Below are positions 28,675 to 37,395 of a stretch of 64,000 nucleotides of DNA, piece after piece; within the stretch, counting starts at the first letter, position 1, and each line of letters begins with the position of its first letter. Source of the stretch: a virus (taxonomy: Duplodnaviria > Caudoviricetes); IMG/VR virus record IMGVR_UViG_3300017589_000080, positions 11,012-75,011 of that record. One strand, written 5' to 3'. A program made the position numbers and the translations under genes. The notes beneath the pieces are model-generated. The model saw only the letters and a list, made by a program, of their open reading frames with translations, was not told the DNA's origin and did no database searches.

Positions 28675-28908
28675 ATGATAAGATTACTTAAAGAGGAGAG
28701 AGCTCCTAAGAGAAAGATAATTAAGAAGTTCAGTTACAAAGGCTTCAAGATTAAACAATACTCTGAAGACACTGATCCAGAGAGTGCTAAATATGAGTTT
28801 GAAGTCTTCACCAAAGATAACCCATATGATGTTGAATGGGAATGTGATAGTCTGAAAGAAGTTCATGAGTTCATTGATTCATGGTCTGCTGATGATGGTG
28901 AATGGTAA
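28675..28908 (+). CDS. Small hypothetical protein, putative internal head protein
   Basis: MIRLLKEE leader; AAGGGA RBS; immediately upstream of the protease. Confidence 0.6.
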   Translation: MIRLLKEERAPKRKIIKKFSYKGFKIKQYSEDTDPESAKYEFEVFTKDNPYDVEWECDSLKEVHEFIDSWSADDGEW

Positions 28909-28954
28909 TCCAATAACAATTATATTTTATAGAAAGTGTGGTGAGTAAATACTA

Positions 28955-30505
28955 ATGGCAAAGAAAGATAAGATGATTCTTACAGAACGACTTGGACCTT
29001 TAACTTATGTTAAAGAATCAGGTGAAAGAAATGGTAAAAATTATATTGGTCGACTTGTTGGAGAAGGTTCTAACTTCTTAAAACCTACTCGTAATGGTAG
29101 AAAGTATAATTTGCAGTTATGGGAGAATGTTGAATCTAGTCCTGACTTTATTGAATCAATGGAGACTCTTACATGTTTCGGAGAAGCCGATCATCCTGAG
29201 ACTCGTGCTGACACTTCTATAAAAGAAATTGCAGTAGTATTAACTAAGTTTGAGATAAGAAGACAAGAAGGAATTGTTGCTGTTGAATTTGATATTCTGG
29301 ATACTCCTAATGGTCGACTTGTTAAAAGCATTTTAGACTATGGCAGTAAACTTGGTGTTTCAAGCAGAGGTCTTGGCGATGAAATATTTGTTGATGGTGA
29401 AACTTTAATTGACCCAGAAACTTATGAATTTTATGGCTTTGATGTTGTTGTAACACCAGCGGTTAAAAGTGCTCGACCTTCCTTAGTAGAATCAAAAACT
29501 AAGACAGGTTTAGTGGAATCTTTTAATCGAGAAATTAAAGAAGCTTCCTCTTCGAATGAGCTTGAATCAATTCGAAGACTTGCAGAAACATTAAAAATAC
29601 CAGAGTTAGATTCTATTAAAGAATCTTTGAATAATAAACTTTCTAACTTACCTGCAGGAGATGATATCTCAGAAGGCTTAAAGAAAGATCTGGAAGAAGT
29701 TATTTTGGAAAATGATCAGTTGCTTAAAGAAAACGAGACTTTAAAAAGCAAGCTATCAGCTAATGATATTAGAGTTAGAAAGCTAGAAGGCAAGTTAAAA
29801 GTAACAATGGTCAAGGGAACAAAGATTCAAAAGAACTTACAAGAATCCCAACTAACTATTGTAAGTCTAGAAGATGAGTTAGTTATTGGTTCAGAACAGA
29901 TGAATGAACTCTCAGGAACCAGTGAAAGAAAGATTAAGAAGCTCGAAACTCGTTTAGCATCACTAAGCAGAATTGTCAAGGAAACCAAAGATGGTCATGA
30001 AAAGATTATCAATGAACTTAATAGCAACTATGAAGATGATGTTAAAGAATACCTTACAGAAATTGACAGTCTCAGAATTCGAGTGGACAGATTAAAAGAA
30101 TCAAAAGATAATCTTAAATCACAGGTGAAAGTTCTTAATGACTCTCTTGTTAAAGAAACATCTAATAAGAAGTTAATTGAGAAGAAGATACATGAAAAGC
30201 ATTCGTCCGAAGAGGAAGCCATAAAGAAGCTTCTTGTTACAGAGAATACAATAAAGAGTAAGTACTTAAAAGTTAAATGTGCCCAGTCTGGTATTAAGCT
30301 GGACACTGCAACGGGACTTCTTCCTAAAGAGTACACTGTTGAAGACATTGATAAAATTGTTGGAGATCTAGCTGATAGAAAGTTGAGACTTGGGAAACTT
30401 CCTGTTGAGATTCGTCCAAGAACAGCAATCTTAAGTGAAGGATTAAGTAACATTACTCCAGAAGAAAAACAAACGATGTCGTTCTTAACAGGCAAGATCT
30501 TATAA
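28955..30505 (+). CDS. Prohead protease (T4 gp21-like) fused to a coiled-coil scaffold region
   Basis: FGEADHP, LGVSSRGLG and FDVVVTPA catalytic motifs; about 300-aa heptad-rich C-terminal part. Confidence 0.88.
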   Translation: MAKKDKMILTERLGPLTYVKESGERNGKNYIGRLVGEGSNFLKPTRNGRKYNLQLWENVESSPDFIESMETLTCFGEADHPETRADTSIKEIAVVLTKFEIRRQEGIVAVEFDILDTPNGRLVKSILDYGSKLGVSSRGLGDEIFVDGETLIDPETYEFYGFDVVVTPAVKSARPSLVESKTKTGLVESFNREIKEASSSNELESIRRLAETLKIPELDSIKESLNNKLSNLPAGDDISEGLKKDLEEVILENDQLLKENETLKSKLSANDIRVRKLEGKLKVTMVKGTKIQKNLQESQLTIVSLEDELVIGSEQMNELSGTSERKIKKLETRLASLSRIVKETKDGHEKIINELNSNYEDDVKEYLTEIDSLRIRVDRLKESKDNLKSQVKVLNDSLVKETSNKKLIEKKIHEKHSSEEEAIKKLLVTENTIKSKYLKVKCAQSGIKLDTATGLLPKEYTVEDIDKIVGDLADRKLRLGKLPVEIRPRTAILSEGLSNITPEEKQTMSFLTGKIL

Positions 30506-30556
30506 AGATGCAAAATTAATTAAAAATAATATAAAACCGAAAGAAGGACATAAATT

Positions 30557-31942
30557 ATGGCAAATACAATTAACCAAAGAACTAAACAATTAATTGGTCG
30601 TTATGCTAAAAGAATTAGCATGGTTGAAAAAGCACAAGGTTCTCCACTGACATTAGAAAAACGAGCTGTTCTTGCTAACTCCTTACATAATGTTTCTCAG
30701 CTGGTACAGATGAAAGAAGCAACGAACCCTGGATCCATTGGTCAGTACAAACGATATGCACTTGACATCGTAACTGCCACTGTTCCTAACTTGATTGCAT
30801 TCGATGTAATGTCTGTACAATCTATGGACAATAGAATTGGTATGATCAACTACATGGACTACCAATACTCCAAGGATAAAGGAACCACTAAAGCTGGTGA
30901 TGTATTTGCAAGCTCTATCAACATGGGACCTTCCAACCATGAGTATTCCAGTAACCGAGTAACCGATCAAGAAATTGGTTCTGCTGGACAAACTGAATAT
31001 GGTACAACTGCTTTCCCAATCCAATTGAACTGGCATCCAGTAACTCTTGGAACCTTTACTGTTGAAGCTAACGATGGTGCAATTATCGGTTCTGCCGATC
31101 CTGCTACTGGTGTAATTACTGGTATTGGTGTTTCTGGTAAAGTAACCGTTGATGGTCGACTTAACTTGACTTTCACTGCTGGTACTACTAATCCTCCAGT
31201 TATCAACTATGTATTTAACAATGAAGACATCCGTTCTGATGGACCTTTAAACTCTGCTTTCAGTAATGTTCCTGAAGTTGAATTAAAACTCAACAGCTTA
31301 CCAATTACTGCTACTGCACGTACAATGAGAACTTACTGGGCATTCGATGCACAATTCGAGCTTCAGAAAGAATATGGTCAGGACATCGAAACTCTGTTGG
31401 CAACTCAGTCAACTGGTGAGTTAGCACATGAAATCGATACTGAATTAACTCTTGACCTGTTACACTTCGCCAATGCTGGTACTCCTCAAGTTTGGTCAAA
31501 AGCCATGACTCCTGGGATTGCATTAGTCGATCATTATGACAGCTTCAATGCTAAAGTAGTTGAAGGTGCCAATGTTATCTTTGGTGCTACTCGTAAAGTA
31601 AAAGCTAATTTCATGGTCTGCGGACTTGAAGTTGCTGGTATCATCGAGATCATGAGAAACTTTACTGCTTCTGGTGTAACTGCTGTTGGTCCACATTTCC
31701 TTGGTACTCTTGGAACCTTAAAAGTGTATGTCAATCCTGATTACCCATCACGTGAATATGTACTTGGTTACAAAGGTGCAAACATGTTTGATGCTGGTGC
31801 TTTCTACTGTCCTTATATGCCAATCAGTTCTACTGATTTAATCATGGATGCAAACTTCCGAGGTCAACGTGGCTGGGCAACAATGTATGGTAAGAAATTC
31901 CTTAACAGCAAAATGTACTTACGAGGTTCCATTACTGACTAA
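30557..31942 (+). CDS. Major capsid protein (T4 gp23-like)
   Basis: IVTATVPNLIAFDVMSVQSM, ITATARTMRTYW..DAQFEL...GQDIET.LA...ELAHEID, DAGAFYCPYMP; probable MKE/AT maturation site. Confidence 0.95.
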   Translation: MANTINQRTKQLIGRYAKRISMVEKAQGSPLTLEKRAVLANSLHNVSQLVQMKEATNPGSIGQYKRYALDIVTATVPNLIAFDVMSVQSMDNRIGMINYMDYQYSKDKGTTKAGDVFASSINMGPSNHEYSSNRVTDQEIGSAGQTEYGTTAFPIQLNWHPVTLGTFTVEANDGAIIGSADPATGVITGIGVSGKVTVDGRLNLTFTAGTTNPPVINYVFNNEDIRSDGPLNSAFSNVPEVELKLNSLPITATARTMRTYWAFDAQFELQKEYGQDIETLLATQSTGELAHEIDTELTLDLLHFANAGTPQVWSKAMTPGIALVDHYDSFNAKVVEGANVIFGATRKVKANFMVCGLEVAGIIEIMRNFTASGVTAVGPHFLGTLGTLKVYVNPDYPSREYVLGYKGANMFDAGAFYCPYMPISSTDLIMDANFRGQRGWATMYGKKFLNSKMYLRGSITD

Positions 31943-32126
31943 GAACAATTATAATGCCTCCCCTTTATTTTATATATGTGTGCAGAGGAAGTGTAAAAAG
32001 CTTCCTCAGGCATGCTGAATAACTTAAATCCAATATCTGAGGTCTTTAATAATGGTGGTTAGTAACCTCTTCCCTCCAAAGTTAAAGAGACTTAAAAACT
32101 AAATTAAACGAAAGAAGGAATAATAA

Positions 32127-32486
32127 ATGGCAACTAAAGATTACACAATTATCCCAGCTATTGTTACCATCACGAATGTAGCAGTACCTGTTGAAGTATT
32201 TGACGCTGGAACAAAATCAATTGAAGTAGACGTTCTCGATGCTGCAGTACGACCAGGAGAACTGGTTGTTAGAGATGGCGATGTTGCAGGTCACTCAATT
32301 GTCCGACGTAAATATCAGACAGCTGAAAGAAAGATTCAACTTTACAAAGCAAACTCCTGGATTACCCTTGACTCCTTACAGGTGTTAAACATCCATGTTG
32401 CAAGCTCAGATATCTTGGCATACTTCATGTCATTAGCATCTGCTGATATTACTGTAACTGCTGCAGCTGTGGTTGTTACTCCCTAA
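32127..32486 (+). CDS. Hypothetical virion protein (decoration-like)
   Basis: Strong RBS, directly after the capsid gene, Ala/Val-rich. Confidence 0.55.
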   Translation: MATKDYTIIPAIVTITNVAVPVEVFDAGTKSIEVDVLDAAVRPGELVVRDGDVAGHSIVRRKYQTAERKIQLYKANSWITLDSLQVLNIHVASSDILAYFMSLASADITVTAAAVVVTP

Positions 32487-32608
32487 TTAGCTATCTATCT
32501 TAACTGAATATAGATAGAGTTACCTTATCCGAGAGTGGTGGTTAACCTCCGATCGCCACTCGGGTAACTTTAAATGAACATTACAAAATTATGAAGGTGG
32601 TGATATAA

Positions 32609-32917
32609 ATGATAGTAAGAATGATAAACAATACGGAGAGAGAACTTACAGCTTACATGATACCAATTCAACCTGACGTTGATCCTATAATTGTTAAAAG
32701 TGGTGATTATTGTGACATTGGAACTTACAACCAACAGATCTATGGTAAGTTTTATGTATCAATGATATTACAAGGTTTTTCAATGAGCCTAGCCAAAGAA
32801 GATACAGAAGAGAAAGTTGTCGTAAAAGAAGTTATCAAAGAGGTTGCAAAACCTAAGAGAGCTAAAAAGACAGCAACCCCAGCTGTAGAAGAAGAGGTTG
32901 GTGAGACAGTTGAGTAA
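32609..32917 (+). CDS. Hypothetical protein
   Basis: AAGGTGG RBS; K/E-rich C-terminal tail. Confidence 0.6.
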   Translation: MIVRMINNTERELTAYMIPIQPDVDPIIVKSGDYCDIGTYNQQIYGKFYVSMILQGFSMSLAKEDTEEKVVVKEVIKEVAKPKRAKKTATPAVEEEVGETVE

Positions 32918-33599
32918 GACAGGTTTAACTGTTGATCAGTATGTTAGTTTCATAAAGGTTCAACTTGGTGGTGGCATTGTAAATGTCGAGGTAGAGGAAA
33001 TTATACCAGACATCTTAGAAATAGCTTTTATTGAGATCAATAATAATATCACGTCAACGGAAATGATGACTGTCCCATTCCAAACTGTTATAGACTTAAC
33101 TGATAAGAAAGTTGCTGATGTTGTTTATATAATGAGAGGTAGAAATACCAATGGTCCAGGTGGTTTCCAAGATGTAATGTATATCTACTCAAGACAAAGT
33201 GCGATGAATTCATATACACTTACAGATTATTCAAGAGCATTGATGGCAAATCAAAACAAAAGTGCTTTATCAACTGACTTAGATTTCCATTATGACAAAA
33301 GAGAAGAGAAGTTATTTCTCTATGCTCAACAAGCACTTCCAACAACCGTAACTTTATGTTACATTCCTGAGTATTCTGATGTCTCAGAAATCATAGATCC
33401 CTTCTGGCAAAATTTATTGAAACGTCTGGCTTTAGCGTTAACAAAAGAAACGTTAGGAAGAGTCAGAGGTAAATATAAATTAGATTCTGCATTATATAAT
33501 TTGGATTCAGATCAACTTCTTAGTGAAGCTCAAGCTGAACTCTCAGAGATTAGAAATTATCTTGATGCTAATACAGATGTATTACTACCAATAGACTAA
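32898..33599 (+). CDS. Neck/head-tail adaptor (T4 gp13-like)
   Basis: Position; IKVQLGGGIVNVE and LALTKETLGRVRGKY...LLSEAQAE resemble gp13. True start may be TTG 32910. Confidence 0.7.
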   Translation: MVRQLSKTGLTVDQYVSFIKVQLGGGIVNVEVEEIIPDILEIAFIEINNNITSTEMMTVPFQTVIDLTDKKVADVVYIMRGRNTNGPGGFQDVMYIYSRQSAMNSYTLTDYSRALMANQNKSALSTDLDFHYDKREEKLFLYAQQALPTTVTLCYIPEYSDVSEIIDPFWQNLLKRLALALTKETLGRVRGKYKLDSALYNLDSDQLLSEAQAELSEIRNYLDANTDVLLPID

Positions 33600-33623
33600 C
33601 ATAATAAAAGGAGAATTAAAACT

Positions 33624-34769
33624 ATGGCTAAATTAAAAGAAGATGTATTTGCAAAAACTATGGCAATGTGCCTGGAGAGCAAGAAAAGAAAAGCACCTGC
33701 AGGTAAAGCAGCTCCCAAATCTCGTAAAATGACTGAGTCAGCTAAACGTCGTCGACAACTGAGAGAATCAGAAGACGAAGAAACATATGGCATTGATGAA
33801 GAATTATTGACCGAAGAGGAAGACGAAGATGTGGATTCTTATATGGATGATATCTCTGACACTATGGTTCTGGTGGACCCTGAATTAGACGTGGATGATT
33901 TAGAATCTGCTGCTGACGATCTTCAGGATCTTGTTGATGGAACTCCTGATGGAGAAATTCCTTTCTTGGATGACTACATTGGCGATGACGCTTACACTTG
34001 TCCTATCTGTGCTAACACTTTCATTTCAGAAGATCCTATGGAAGATGGAGAAGAATGCCCAGTTTGTGGAGACTTCCCAAGCAAGTTCATTATCGTTGGT
34101 GGTATTGAAGAACCAGAAGCAGTATCTGAAAATGACGATGAAGATCTTGACATTGATGAGCCTGAAGAAGACTTAGAAATGGAAGAACCAGAAGAGGAAG
34201 AAGAAGAAAAAGAAGAATCATTCAGACGTCGTAAAGCTCCTTCCAGAACTCGAACAGCTTCTAAGAAACCTACTGCTCGTAAACCAGTTAAGAAAGAATC
34301 TAAGTTCTCTTTAGATGAAACTACTTTTAATCCATTCCTGACCAAATTCATTCAGGAAAATTATAAGAATGCACGTTCAATGAAAGTTGTATCTGCAAAC
34401 TTAAGTGGTGCTAAATTATCTTTGGAATGTAAACTTACCTTTAAGACTGGCACTGTTAAGCCTGTAACCTTAAGAGTTGAAAACTTTAAACCTGCACGAC
34501 AGATGAAACTTGCTGCAACGGAACAATCATTCTTCAAGATCGAATCCAAACGTGGTGCTAAAGTTGCTCCATTCATCTTCACAACCAAAATGGAAAAGAA
34601 CATTATTACTTGTGAAGGCTTGAAATACAAGTTCGTTACCAAAGCTAAGAATGAAAACAAACGTTATGAAGTTTACGGTGACTTGATTGTTGAATCAACA
34701 TCTCGACGAGCTCCTGCAAAGCAATTGCCTGCAAAAAGAAAAGCACCTGCTTCCCGACGACGCATCTAA
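33624..34769 (+). CDS. Acidic scaffold/core-like protein with zinc ribbon
   Basis: Long D/E tracts, CPIC...CPVC, basic linkers, several (L/M/K/R)xE-S sites. Confidence 0.55.
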   Translation: MAKLKEDVFAKTMAMCLESKKRKAPAGKAAPKSRKMTESAKRRRQLRESEDEETYGIDEELLTEEEDEDVDSYMDDISDTMVLVDPELDVDDLESAADDLQDLVDGTPDGEIPFLDDYIGDDAYTCPICANTFISEDPMEDGEECPVCGDFPSKFIIVGGIEEPEAVSENDDEDLDIDEPEEDLEMEEPEEEEEEKEESFRRRKAPSRTRTASKKPTARKPVKKESKFSLDETTFNPFLTKFIQENYKNARSMKVVSANLSGAKLSLECKLTFKTGTVKPVTLRVENFKPARQMKLAATEQSFFKIESKRGAKVAPFIFTTKMEKNIITCEGLKYKFVTKAKNENKRYEVYGDLIVESTSRRAPAKQLPAKRKAPASRRRI

Positions 34770-34794
34770 TAAACTAAGAGAGGAATGATTAGTT

Positions 34795-35535
34795 ATGAAA
34801 TCGAATTTAAGATCTAGATCTGGTCATTCCAATCTATCTAAGTTAGATGAGATTGGTCGAAGGAATCTAGTTGGTAAAACTAAGGCACAGTCTCCAGAAA
34901 GATTCAATAAAAGAATGTCATACAAGCCACTCTCTTACAGAGATATAAGCTTTGAAGACTTGCTTGAGAATGATCTTCTGGTTGCTCGAATTAGTATTGG
35001 GAAATATATCTCAACAATAGCATTCAAGGGAGTTATAAAAGACTTAATTGAAATTGTTAAGAAGCAACAGAAACCTTACCTGACACTACAGTCAGTTATT
35101 AGAGCATTAACTTATGCTATTGATAAGACTGACATATTTGTGGACTGCTCTTGTGATGACTTCAAATACAGATATGCTTATTGGGCAACTTACCATGGTT
35201 ACAAATATGGTAAACCTGAAACTCGTAAGGCAGACGTCAGAAATCCTGGTGATAACATTGGGTCGACATGCAAGCACCTTTCAGCACTATTGTCTAATAA
35301 GAGATGGTTGGTAAAGACCTCTTCAATTGTTAATGATTATATCAAGAAGAACCTTGATGCTTTCATTGATGAATATCAGATTGATCCAGACTTATTCATT
35401 GTTAATCCAAATCAGATACCAAAGAAAATTGTTGAACCTGAAGAGGAACCAGAACTTGATGTTGAAGAACCTGAAGAGGAACCAGAAGCAGAAGAACCTG
35501 AGGAAGATGAAGAAGAATTGGAACTTAATAAATAA
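34795..35535 (+). CDS. SWIM-type zinc-finger protein
   Basis: VDCSCDDFKY...STCKHL (CxC...CxH). Confidence 0.65.
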   Translation: MKSNLRSRSGHSNLSKLDEIGRRNLVGKTKAQSPERFNKRMSYKPLSYRDISFEDLLENDLLVARISIGKYISTIAFKGVIKDLIEIVKKQQKPYLTLQSVIRALTYAIDKTDIFVDCSCDDFKYRYAYWATYHGYKYGKPETRKADVRNPGDNIGSTCKHLSALLSNKRWLVKTSSIVNDYIKKNLDAFIDEYQIDPDLFIVNPNQIPKKIVEPEEEPELDVEEPEEEPEAEEPEEDEEELELNK

Positions 35536-35558
35536 CTTAATAAAGGAGGTACAATCAA

Positions 35559-36092
35559 GTGGGATACTTAATAGATAATGACTCAACACTCTTCAGAAAC
35601 TTCTTTAAGGAGATGGCATTCTTGAGAGGAATCTCAGTTCAGTATCAGTATTCAATTGCTGATCAAGAGACTGTCAGTATTCATGGTGAAATAAAGCCAG
35701 TGTTGTCCAGTAAGATGAAAATGAATGTTATCTTCGATGAGAACCCTAAAGTTGAAACACTTAAGAAGATTGGATGGGTCTCAGAATATCCAGATAGCAA
35801 GCCAATAATTTGTATGGTTCCCTTTGATGCTCCTAATTTAACAACTGAATGTGTGATATCAATTCCACCATTCAAAGAGATCAACAGCAGAAGTAGAATG
35901 TTTAAGGTAACTGCTATAACAACTATTCTAGAATACCCAGACTGCTGGACATGTACTCTTGCACCAATCTTTGATGATGCTGATACAAAAGACACCTATG
36001 AAGATTCTAATTATAATTATGCTGTAACAACCGAGACACCAACAGAAGATACATCAAGCAATAATTATACATTCTTAAAGGTTGATCCATGA
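35559..36092 (+). CDS. Head closure/neck protein (gp14-like)
   Basis: Position between adaptor and terminator genes; PKVETLKKIGW motif. Confidence 0.5.
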   Translation: MGYLIDNDSTLFRNFFKEMAFLRGISVQYQYSIADQETVSIHGEIKPVLSSKMKMNVIFDENPKVETLKKIGWVSEYPDSKPIICMVPFDAPNLTTECVISIPPFKEINSRSRMFKVTAITTILEYPDCWTCTLAPIFDDADTKDTYEDSNYNYAVTTETPTEDTSSNNYTFLKVDP

Positions 36093-36565
36093 GAATCGAA
36101 TACAGTTTAACTGGTGAACAAGATGAGATGGACTTGGGAAGAGAATTTTGTGCTTTGATTACTAACCTGATAAAGCATGAAATTAAGGATAGCCTGTATA
36201 GATATAAGATGCAACAAAAAGAACAGGATCTTATTAATGCAGAGTGGATACAATGGAAGAGTAAACCGAAGAATTTAAATGTTGTTAAGCTTTGTTATTA
36301 CATTGCTGATAACATTATTTTCAAGTGTAGAAGAAATAATAGTTACTTAATCGAAGTTAATAGATCTGTTACCATGAGGTACAGTAATACACCACTGGAA
36401 GCAGTTGCTCGATTCTTAGACAAAGGTAATAATGTATCTCAATACACTGGCTTTATTGACAAAGTGTTTAAGAAGTATCGTGACAACATTAAGAAGTATT
36501 GGGAATCTTTTATCTTTAAGAAACTTAATAGATTGGCTGTTAGTTCAATTGTTTTAATCTCATAA
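36089..36565 (+). CDS. Hypothetical neck/tail completion protein
   Basis: Translationally coupled ORF in the neck cluster. Confidence 0.55.
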   Translation: MRIEYSLTGEQDEMDLGREFCALITNLIKHEIKDSLYRYKMQQKEQDLINAEWIQWKSKPKNLNVVKLCYYIADNIIFKCRRNNSYLIEVNRSVTMRYSNTPLEAVARFLDKGNNVSQYTGFIDKVFKKYRDNIKKYWESFIFKKLNRLAVSSIVLIS

Positions 36566-36580
36566 AGGAGGTGTTGTGGA

Positions 36581-37159
36581 TTGAGCGTATACATGTATGA
36601 CGAAGCACTTGTTGCCGATCTGAGACGGATCGTTGACGATGACAGAATAACCATAACTCCTCCTGATAATGTCTTTAGGACTATTGGAAGAATTGCTGAT
36701 GACAAGATTGAGTTTCCACTGATCTCATTAACAAGAACAGGGTGGTCAATTAGCAATAATCGTCCACACTTTATGAAACATGAAGGAGTGGTGGCTGGGT
36801 ATGATGACATATCCAAGAAGTATAAAAGAGTTCAAAGCATCCCAATAAGAATAAGTTATCAGGTTGATGTGTGGACAAAGACAAGAATCGATAATGATAA
36901 TATATTAAGAGAACTCATCTTTTATTACAGTGTTCACCCAACAATGAAAATTGTTATCCCTTATGGTTTGAACATAGAGATTGATTTTAATATATTTATA
37001 GATGAAGACATTGAAGATAACTCAGATATAATTGATCATTGGAGCAAGGGACAGTACTTCAGACAAACGTTTTCAATCTATACTGATGATGCTTATTTAT
37101 GGAAATCTTCTTCTAGGTTCCCAACATTTGTTGATGTTAATATTGACGTAAAGGAGTGA
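36581..37159 (+). CDS. Tail terminator/sheath stabiliser (gp15-like)
   Basis: FPLISLTRTG, PIRISYQVDVWTK and F..IY.DAYLW pattern; lies just before the sheath gene. Confidence 0.65.
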   Translation: MSVYMYDEALVADLRRIVDDDRITITPPDNVFRTIGRIADDKIEFPLISLTRTGWSISNNRPHFMKHEGVVAGYDDISKKYKRVQSIPIRISYQVDVWTKTRIDNDNILRELIFYYSVHPTMKIVIPYGLNIEIDFNIFIDEDIEDNSDIIDHWSKGQYFRQTFSIYTDDAYLWKSSSRFPTFVDVNIDVKE

Positions 37160-37163
37160 TATA

Positions 37164-37385
37164 TTGTTAGTTATATTTAATAAAACAGGTAGAGCCTTAC
37201 CAGTTATGGGAGTTTCAATCCCACCGAAACAGTCAGTTAACTTTAGTTCAGGAATGACTAAGTCAATTAAACTGTTGGAATCTAATGGTCTCATCTCAGT
37301 AACAGAGATCAAAGACGTTGATCAACCAAAGATAGTAAAGAAATCTAAGGAAGATCCTAAGGTATTTGTACCTGATTCAGAATAA
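37164..37385 (+). CDS. Small hypothetical protein
   Basis: GGAGTG RBS, TTG start, 73 aa. Confidence 0.55.
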   Translation: MLVIFNKTGRALPVMGVSIPPKQSVNFSSGMTKSIKLLESNGLISVTEIKDVDQPKIVKKSKEDPKVFVPDSE

Positions 37386-37395
37386 AAGAAAGTGA

